DNA of 58,594 bases, the filler included, from Catajapyx aquilonaris (Eukaryota), in the NCBI GenBank assembly GCA_000934665.2. It is 2 parts of 2 records of this genome, joined end to end, with 100 filler letters (N's around TTAATTAATTAA, not from the genome) between each part and the next. Parts side by side here need not be neighbours in the genome. Positions count along the whole stretch, not along the records: positions 28,611 to 58,594 come from KZ539247.1; 1 more part is not named here. One strand, given 5' to 3'. Made by a program: the position numbers and the translations under genes. Position 1 is the first letter of the stretch, and every line of letters begins with the position of its first letter. Positions 50,501 through 58,594 of this stretch are shown here, piece by piece. The notes beneath the pieces are model-generated. The model was not told where the DNA came from. It saw only the letters and a program-made list of their open reading frames with translations, and ran no database searches.

Positions 50501-52205
50501 GGCTCTGTTCACACGGACATTAGTTGGCTCCAGTTGCCCAATAAACTAGACATTCACATGGGTCAGGTTCCTCCTCGAATCAGGTAGCGCTACAGTTATC
50601 GTGATTTGAACGTAGCCAAGATGCCAACTGAAGTTGCGAGTAGGCAAGATGCCAACCAGCTATTAGACAAGATTCCAACTGAAGTTGGCATGTTCAGTTC
50701 CGACCACGTTGTCTGTTGGCTCCCCCCTGTGTGTAAATCGCCCTGGGCCTGCCACACTGTTAAAAAGGGAGGGGCCTCTGATTTACGAGCCTGATAACTG
50801 CCTCTCAGTGATACCAATCGGCCATTCCAGGGATGGCCAAAAAACATCTCTTTTTTTATTTTTCATACTGTAGGTGAGATGTTTTGTGTGGGTGGGTGGG
50901 CGGGTGGTTTTACATTTTTTAAAAANGGGGGGGGGGGGGGGGTGGTTTTACATTTTTAAAAAAACGGAGTGGGGGTTCGTGCAAGTCAGCCATGCGGCAA
51001 TAATTCCATTCGGCCAACCTTGACACGCCATCATCAGGCAAGCGGTGTATGGTGGTAGTCGCAGTGATGAGGTGCGTGGTTGATGGAGTGAGAAAATTCG
51101 CGTCGCGGTTCCCTGATCACGTCGGAAGGAGACGGGGCCCGGGGTCTCATGCCGCCCTGGCTACTGTTTGTGTTACTGCAGTTAACATAGGGGGGGGGNN
51201 NNNNNNNNNNNNNNNNNNNNNNNNNNNNNNNNNNNNNNNNNNNNNNNNNNNNNNNNNNNNNNNNNNNNNNNNNNNNNNNNNNNNNNNNNNNNNNNNNNNN
51301 NNNNNNNNNNNNNNNNNNNGGGGGGGGGGGGTGCCAACAGCTACATGTTGGCACCTTGATTCCAGCAGTCACGTGATCAAAACAGGCTGTGGGGTTGGCT
51401 GAATCGGATCACGTGACAGCATGGGTGCCAACAGTTGCCGTCAGATGTAAGAAGACCTTAACTCAAAAACTAGCACGCATACTCTGCACTAATCCTCCCT
51501 GACTCAGAGAGGATTAGTGCATGCGACTTTCACCCTTACTAGTTTTTGAGTTACGGTCTTCTTACATCTGACGGCAGCTGTTGGCACCTTGTCGAGTAAC
51601 TTGACAGCAGGGTCGCCAATGTTGATTCATTATTAGTTAAAAGGGCCTTCAATTACTATAGCAGGGCATTGCCTTTGTTGCGATTCATGTTTGGTTATGT
51701 GAGCCAGAGGAGTAATGGGAGAGTAAATGAGCACGTGGGACATGACCGGCAGGGTTGCCAACGGCTATCGGACAAATTTTATTCGAGTCAAACATTTTAC
51801 GTGCTGTTATCTACAAACACGTGCCAATTTTTGTCGACTTGTCACATGTCGCGATCATGTTTCGACCCGCGTCTGTTCCTTATTAAAAGCACTGATAATG
51901 TAAAGTGTAATATTTCTTTCAGGTCCCAACCATGCAGGCGAATGCGTGCCGGCATATCCGCGTGCAATAAACGGGTGATGACGTCGCCACAATAACATTC
52001 GTTTGTGTCAAGCCGGGATGTCATCACGGCCGCAGTCTCGAGCGCGTCCAACTCGCACATGGTGTGAACCGGACCGTGTCTCGACCGCGTCTGGAGTCAC
52101 GTGCCCCCATGTACCCCCCCGGTGTCCCCAACACGTGCACCAACTTACCGGGTGTCGGGCCGCCGCCGCTGCTGCTGCCGCCGCCGCGTTCATCGAGGGA
52201 TACAT
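35511..52205 (-). CDS. gro: groucho/TLE corepressor, 5' part (Q domain); the rest of the gene is not found in this window
   Basis: Spliced exons 52205-52149, 44176-44079, [40204-40141 or 36300-36237], 35555-35511 give MYPSMNA10[59 protein letters not shown], the Gro/TLE N-terminal Q domain. Confidence 0.95.
36237..36300 (-). CDS. gro: groucho exon 3b (alternative): (N)[21 protein letters not shown]
   Basis: 64 nt; strong polypyrimidine acceptor tttcttcttttcttttgcag|, donor |gtgagt; phase 2-0. Confidence 0.9.
37451..37855. repeat. Minisatellite of 61/72-bp units in the groucho 3a-3b intron
   Basis: taaaccggtttatccaacaggaaa at 37451, 37523, 37595, 37656, 37717, 37789 plus a partial copy. Confidence 0.9.
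40141..40204 (-). CDS. gro: groucho exon 3a (alternative): (N)[21 protein letters not shown]
   Basis: 64 nt; acceptor tatacttctcag|, donor |gtgagt; phase 2-0. Confidence 0.9.
43008..43266. mobile_element. ~255-bp MITE-like repeat, copy 2
   Basis: Near-identical to 31168-31421; contains taggttaggttaggttag. Confidence 0.75.
43753..43971. mobile_element. PIF/Harbinger (Tourist-like) MITE, 219 bp
   Basis: TAA|gggccgaattcagagaggttgcttaacgtaa ... ttacgttaagcaacctctctgaattcggccc|TAA; ~68-bp near-perfect TIRs and a 3-bp TAA TSD. Confidence 0.88.
44079..44176 (-). CDS. gro: groucho coding exon 2 ([32 protein letters not shown]+AA)
   Basis: 98 nt; ttgtgtccacag| ... |gtgagt; phase 0-2. Confidence 0.95.
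51424..51588. repeat. 165-bp nested fold-back, probable MITE, in groucho intron 1
   Basis: ggtgccaacagttgccgtcagatgtaagaagaccttaactcaaaaactag and its reverse complement enclose a second stem tgcactaatcctc / gaggattagtgca. Confidence 0.75.
52149..52205 (-). CDS. gro: groucho coding exon 1 ([19 protein letters not shown])
   Basis: ATG at 52205; MYPS..RHP is the Gro/TLE N-terminus; donor |gtaagt, phase 0; possible 5'UTR acceptor at 52273-52274. Confidence 0.9.
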
Positions 52206-52779
52206 CTTACGTCAGCACGACACACGCATCGTAGCACGGTTTCCCAATAAGCGGTACCGGTACACGATACCGCTGAGGTAGCAAGTTGGTTGGTATTCCC
52301 CCCCGCGCTTTTTTTTTTTTTGATTATATCCCAAATTTGATCGCACCAATAAACACAGTCGAATGCGCGTGTGAATCGCCCAGTTGTGGGGGGGTCACGG
52401 GGGTCGTCGGCACATCACAGCACGCATCCTGGGTCACAAGCACTGCACTGTTATCACTTAAACGCACTTTTTTCTTTGTACCCCCCCTCCCTTATTTTTG
52501 TGGATGTTATTGTACTGGGGGGTTGTTGCCAGACGAAGCGACCGCTCGCGTCCGCGTCTGCCTCTGCACTGGCTGGGGGAAAGTAGGGGGTGGCGCGGCA
52601 GGAGGGGGGAGAAGCGAGCCCCCTCCCCCTCCTGCTCCTTCCCCCTGCCAGCTTTCTCCCNGGGGGGGGGGGGGGGGGGGACACCCAAGGCAAATACTCA
52701 ACCACCACTGATTTCGCTCCTTCTTCTACCGCAGGGGTGCCAACTCAACTTTTTTTATATAAAAGTAGCACGGGGTGCC

Positions 52780-54340
52780 AGGTGTAGTCACTAAGTGGAA
52801 TTTACGTCCCACTGCTAGTTGCTGCTAACTTAGCAGAATGGTACTGCTAAGTTACTAGCAGTAGGACAGAAACATAGTGTTGAATTTTCGTCCCACTGTT
52901 ACCTGCTGCTAACTGGCCGGTGTTATGCAATAATGGGTCAACCCTCAGTTTAGGAATGGTACTGCTAAGTTACTAGCAGTGGGACAGAAACATAGTGTTG
53001 AATTTTCGTCCAACTGTTACCTGCTGCTAAACTGGCCGGTGTTATGCAATAATGGGTCAACCCACAAAACATACATCCAAAGGATCAGTTAAAATCATGG
53101 TGGCGAAATCTGCATACTTTTGCCACAAATGACAGGGAAGTTAACTCACAAATGGTGTGCATGGACAGTGTTATGAAATAATGTGTCAACCCACAAAAAA
53201 AAATGTCGAAATTGAGCAAAGCCCAGGAACATATACCTAAAGGATCCTACTTAATTTAGTTAAAATCATGCTGGTGAAATCTGCATACTTCTGCCTCAAA
53301 TGACCGAAAAGAACACTGTGAATTAATTTCACAGGTATGACCTTCAGAGCCCTTTTTCTCAAAACTGTTCTTATGTGGGTTGACTCATTATTGCATAACA
53401 CTGTCCAAGCCTTAGCAGTACCATTGTTGGCAATGGCACTGCTTAGTTAGCAGTAACTAGCAGTGGGACGGAAACATATAGGTGAATTTCCGTCCTACTG
53501 TTACCTACGGCTAACTTAGCAGTACAAGTGTCGGGGATACAGTTACTTGCTAAGTTAGCAGCAACTAGCAGTAGGACGGAAATTACACCCACTAACTTTA
53601 AGTGAGAGCTATTAGTGAAAAGGACGTAATTAGCCCTACTTAGAGCCGGTTGTGTGTATGAGTAGTGAAGAGCAGTCAAGTACTGTTACAGCTACACTAA
53701 CTTTAGGTGGAATATTCGTCCCCACTGCTAGTTACTGCTAACTTAGTAGTAACATGTGGTGCTTCTAAGTTAGCAGTACCTAGCAGTAGGACGAAAATTC
53801 CACCCAATATGTTTGGGATGGTTATTGCTAACTTAACATTAACTACTGGACATTAATGGTGCCGTACTGGTGGCGCCACGAGCCTCTGGCGCCAAAAGAG
53901 GGAATTGAAGAGATTCGATGATAATTCATCACTTCAATTTGCTCATTTGCCGCCACAGGCTCGTAGCGCCACCAGTACGACACCATTAATGTCCAATACT
54001 GTACCAATGTTGGGGATGGTTACTACTAAAGTTAGTAACTACACGATAACTAGCAATGGGACGAAAATTCCACCCTTTCACTAACTTTAGGAGCGCTGAG
54101 GCTACTAAGGTCATGCTTAGTTACTGTTAGTGAAGGTGGGTATGGGACATTAATAGCAGCAGAACTCTGAACCTTCATTACTAATATTGTATTAACTTGA
54201 GCACTATAGAGGAGCGAGGCTGCTAAGGTCATATGCTTAGTCACTATTAGTGAAGGGGCCTTAATAGCCTACTTAGAGCCAGTTGCGTATAAGTATGGGT
54301 CGTTAAGAGCGGTCGAGTAGTGTAATAGCACTATTAAAAC
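52780..54340. repeat. Complex nest of inverted and tandem repeats (degenerate DNA-transposon material)
   Basis: Recurring gtcc(c/t)actgctagttactgctaacttagcag in both orientations; nested element 53162-53407 with TIRs tggacagtgttatg..gtcaacccaca. Confidence 0.6.
53846..53996. mobile_element. ~150-bp hairpin MITE with probable TA TSD
   Basis: TA|ctggacattaatggtgccgtactggtggcg ... cgccaccagtacgacaccattaatgtccaa|TA. Confidence 0.65.
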
Positions 54341-55274
54341 TGGATGTTATTCACCAGTAGTACACACCATATCGTTCAGGATAAACACACGTCTCTAAGA
54401 ATTACGTACCGGCACTAACCTACGTCTACTAGCTTGTGAAATTAAGCGCTGCTGCTAAGGGCCGGCTGCAACTTGTTTCGCATGTAGGATTAATTACTCT
54501 TTGTATCAATTAAATCGGACTGTACTTAAGAGTTAATTAGCAGACAATGCAAACTGTGCAGTATGCTAAATATTGGGCATGCCTTCAGCGCTACAGTTAT
54601 CGTGACCTGACTGTACTTATTATAAAATTGCTAGAAGAATAGGCACCATCCCGCTACTAGCTTGCAAGCACTATTAGGCGCTATTATATTAGGCTCCACC
54701 CACTGCATTTTGGGCGTCGTTTATTAGTCATTAGGCGCCGCTAAAACAGGACTACTAAAAATTAGGCGCTAGCACTATAGTATAGCCGGGGTAGAAATCA
54801 GGCATCACTGGTTTCCGCGCTAATAGCAGTACAGAGAGGGGAAGAAGGTTGTAAATGGTCGCATTGTTTATTCTCCGATTCTGCTCGCTGACAGAAAATT
54901 TGCATACTACGGTGACTTTCAAGCAACGCTTTTTAACTTAAAACTCTAAAACAAAAATATATCCTTATTACATTTTTCCGTTTTGCACTCTTTTTTTTTT
55001 TAAACACACACACGGTCGCCTACCTCCAAAAGCGTGCAATGCGCATTACACGAGCGAACAATGAGCAATTATTGGGCAAACTACCTGCAAACTGCTTTTT
55101 CCCCTCGCGACGGTTGTTGTGTTGCGAAAAAAAAAAGTTATTTTTTTTCTCTCTCTCTCGCACATGCCCGCAACATTTCGAACTCTATGCAAATATCGGC
55201 ACATACCACTCAAGGGAAGAAGAAATCCGAATTGTTCACTCCAATCATTTGGGATATAACACGCAGGTATAGGC

Positions 55275-56190
55275 CCAGCCTAACTTGCCATTGACGTCAT
55301 CGTTTCGCCTACCAATTCCTACAGTCCGGAAAACGAAACAATGATATGACGTCACCGTGTCAACAAAAACATTGTTTACTCCTATTGTTGCATGGACATC
55401 TCCATATGGAAACATGATGAAGAACGTACGTTGCTAAACTGTCAGCACTACCGAGCTTTCCTATTGGTTATACGTATTGTTATTTTATTGTTGTTTATTT
55501 CGCTGCTGTGCGGAAGCCGCTGAGGTTAGCAACGTACTCGAAAAGTGGGTGAGTTCGGCAGATTTCCGTTCACTATGAGTTGGCAAGCGAAACGATGACG
55601 TCAATGACAAGTTAGGCCAATTACGTTGATTTTGGTGCCAGACGCACTGTTATCTTGCGCCCGATCTGGTTGTCGTAATAATGTACATTATACGACGCTT
55701 ATTTCTTAAATTTGACGTTAGGCCTCCGTTAGTTGACGTTAGGCCTACTTGTTTATTTTGCTGCTACGGCTGAGGTTAGCAACTCACTCGAAAAGTGGGT
55801 CCATGGGTGAGTTCAGCAGATTTCTGTTGACTATGAGTTGGTAAACAAAGCGATGACGTCAATGGCAAGTTAGGGCAATTACGTGATATTGGCGCCAGAC
55901 GCACTGTTATCTTGCGTCTGGTTGTCGTAATAATGTACATTATACGACGAAGTCGACGCTTATTTCTTAAATTTGACGTTAGGCCTACTTGTTTATTTTG
56001 CTTCTGCGGCTGAGGTTAGCAACGTACTCGAAAAGTGGGAGTGTCCATGGGTGAGTTCGGCAGATTTCCGTTGGTAAACAAAGCGATGACGTCAATGGCA
56101 AGTTAGGGCAATCACGTGATATTGGCGCCAGACGCACTGTTATCTTGCGTCCGATTTGTCGCAATAATGTACATTTACGATGCTTATTTT
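55275..56190. repeat. Tandem ~240-bp repeat (about three copies) with an inverted partial copy
   Basis: gctgaggttagcaacgtactcgaaaagtggg ... gatgacgtcaatggcaagttagg ... gccagacgcactgttatcttgcg repeats near 55520, 55770 and 56010; reverse copy at ~55279-55308. Confidence 0.75.
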
Positions 56191-57579
56191 TTTTAAAATA
56201 ATTTGATCGCGTCTTTCCCTCCCCTACTGTGTTGAGTCTTTGAAAAAAATCGCGTGGAACCCTGTGCGGTTGGCAGGCCATGCTCCCTCCCAAATATGGC
56301 AGCCGGTGGGTGGAGAGGGGGGCCAGAATTGTTGGCTGGGAGGGAATGGTGGGGGAGCCAGGCAGGGAGGGAGCTTCTCTCTCTCTCCCCTCTCTCCCTG
56401 CTCCTCCTCCTGCTTCTCCTCCTCCTCCTCTCGTCTGATTGCCAGTATCAAGCGAACAACGGTTATGCCGCGGTCGCGTCGCCCCGGCGCGGACTCCACG
56501 TGGAGCCACCGCGTCCGGAAGGCCCGCTCGGCCACGCAGCCTATCAGAGGGATGGATTCGCCAGAGAGAGCGTATCGCCGAGCGGATCTGTGCAACGGGC
56601 GGGCTGGGCGGAGCGATTCTGGTGTTCGCCTATCAAGCGGCTGGTTCGGGAGCGGGTAGGGATAGTTGACAGGCTTATGTTGGCTCCACGTGGATCCGGG
56701 ATGAAGGGGGAGCAAAAAGGGGGAGAAGCGGGAAGAGGGGGGAAGAGCTTGAGGGCGCGATGTTGGTGGGGGGCTGGGGAGGGCTGGAATAAAAAAAAAA
56801 AGAGGAAAAAAAAAAAAGAAATAAGAGAGCAACTTGGGTTGATGAGTTCCAAGGCTGCCAACATATAAAATCCGTATTTCCCGCCCTGCAATTGTGCGCA
56901 ATATCTACTCTCTCCCCCCACTCCACCTACTCCCCCGCCGACGCCGCCGACGCCGCCGAGGGGCGCCGCCGCTGGCGTTTTTGGCGGCCGAGATGGTAGG
57001 TTGGGTTTTGGGTAGGTTATGTGGGGGAGGTGGTGTGGCAGAGAACTGGAAGGGGGGGGGGGGAGGTGGGGANGGGCAACGCCGCTTCGCCACTTGGGGC
57101 GGCCCGTAATGAGGGTGGTACTAGTGAAGGGGGGGAAGAGGGGGGGTGTCGGCGTGTAGCGGCGCTGTACTACAGCGTGTAGGGGCGCACCCTGCTCGCT
57201 GCTCGTCTCCCCCCTCCCCATGCTCCACACCACCCTGCTTGTTCCAACCCCACACACTTGCATCCATCCATTTGGACCGCGGGAAGGTCAGGGACACCCG
57301 GGGCTTCAACAATGCCTAACAATAACGCCCCTTCTAGAGGGGAGGGGGGTTATATCGTCGACAGCGACATCTGGTGCCGAAAAAAAATGCATTGGGGGAA
57401 TGGGGGAGGGGGGGGGGGTAACGCTTCATTCGCCCCCGAGCCATCTGGTAGGGGGCGGGGAAATGGATAAGCCTCTCACATTACCTCCCCCTCTCAGAAC
57501 CGAAAAAAACCTACTCTGGAAAAAGAGATCAATTAACATGGCATCAGTGACGTCACGCGATTGTTCACCCCAGCAACCG

Positions 57580-58150
57580 GGTTGATGCGCTTCAAATGAC
57601 ACATTTACAAGGCACCCAGTTAAAAGCGCTGCAGAACTCTTCATAACGTATGTGTCAAAATTTAAAGCGTGTTAAGATGGCTCTCCCCGTTGACGCGCTT
57701 CAAATGACACATTACAAGGCATCAGTTAAAAGCGCTTCAGGAATATGATCACTGCATATTCATAACGTGTGACAAGCGTGAATCAAAATTTAAAGCGTGT
57801 TAAGATGTTTCTTCCCGTTGGCGCGCTTCAAATGATAAACGCGAGTCAAAATTTAACGCGAGTTGAGATGCCTCGCTCCGTTGACGCGCTTCAACCGTGA
57901 GCTGCCTTGTGTGATTCCCCACCGGGCGGCACGGTGCGGTGGTGTAGTGGTTATCACAACAACCTTCCACCTCTGAGGTCCCGAGGTCGATACCAGGGTC
58001 GGACAGAGGGTACTTATGTGGATAGTTTCGATGAGTTCTCTCCGTGTTCGCGTGGTTTTTCTCGGGGTCCTCCCGATTCCTCCCACAATCAAAATCCACC
58101 ACGGGGTATCCATTATTATGATTATGATGATGATGATGATGATGATGATG

Positions 58151-58206
<56 letters not shown>

Positions 58207-58570
58207 TCCCTACCGATATCAACACGTTTTGAAAGGAAGCGCTGTCATGTAATAACGTTGCTCACGGAAGATGTTCACCTCAGCAACCGGGTTGATCCGC
58301 TTCAAATGATGTAAGTCAATTCAGAGCCGGGTTACAAGGCACCAGTTAAAGCGCTTCAGGAAGAGAAGCACTGTAGCTCCTTCATTCCTGTCGTATAACA
58401 TGCGATAAAGCGCTTCAATCTGTTTTGCTACCTGGTAACTCCCTACCGAAATCGAGCTGTATGTGAAGACGTTTTGAAGTGCCATGTAATGTGGCTCACG
58501 GAAGTTGTTCACACGAGCAACTGGTTGATGCGCTTCAAATGAAGCAACTGGTGACGTCACAGAATGCGGA
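57580..58570. repeat. Degenerate tandem repeat (gttga(t/c)gcgcttcaaatga core) interrupted by the SINE
   Basis: Core recurs near 57581, 57689, 57817, 57880, 58291 and 58524. Confidence 0.65.
57925..58205 (+). mobile_element. tRNA-derived SINE with V-domain-like core and (ATG)n(ATT)n tail
   Basis: Head ggcggcacggtgcggtggtgtagtggtta..gaggtcgatacc; core gttctctccgtgttcgcgtggtttttctcggggtcctcccgattcctcccaca; probable TSD tccccaccg / tccctaccg. Confidence 0.8.
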
Positions 58571-58594
58571 AATGTGCAGTATTAAAGCCTGCTG

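Noticed and set aside
55985..57585. Cluster of 140-240 aa overlapping ORFs
   Set aside because: Low-complexity GC-rich sequence with few stops; no recognisable protein
57800..58314. Poly-N/H/D/Y/I ORFs (also 34708-34932)
   Set aside because: Translations of (ATG)n/(ATT)n SINE tails

Overview
Eukaryotic (arthropod-type) genomic DNA in two blocks joined at 28511-28610 by an artificial N44-TTAATTAATTAA-N44 linker, so the halves are probably not physically adjacent. Left block: a tandem chemoreceptor array with seven apparently intact gustatory receptor (GR) genes (six on +, one on -). Each has a long first coding exon, three phase-0 introns and the C-terminal TYhhhhhQF motif. The array also holds several GR relics and orphan exons, an intronless ionotropic receptor (IR) pseudogene broken by an internal deletion and a TTAA piggyBac-type insertion, and a 919-bp fold-back transposon. 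Right block: the 5' part of groucho/TLE on the - strand (coding exons 1-4 of the Q domain), with repeat-rich introns containing MITEs, SINEs and minisatellites. The most striking observation is that groucho exon 3 occurs twice (two 64-nt, phase 2-to-0 exons with different coiled-coil sequences). The reading frame survives only if exactly one is used, and complementary intronic boxes between them could form a long-range RNA duplex. All gene models were read by eye; no searches were run and the species is not identified.
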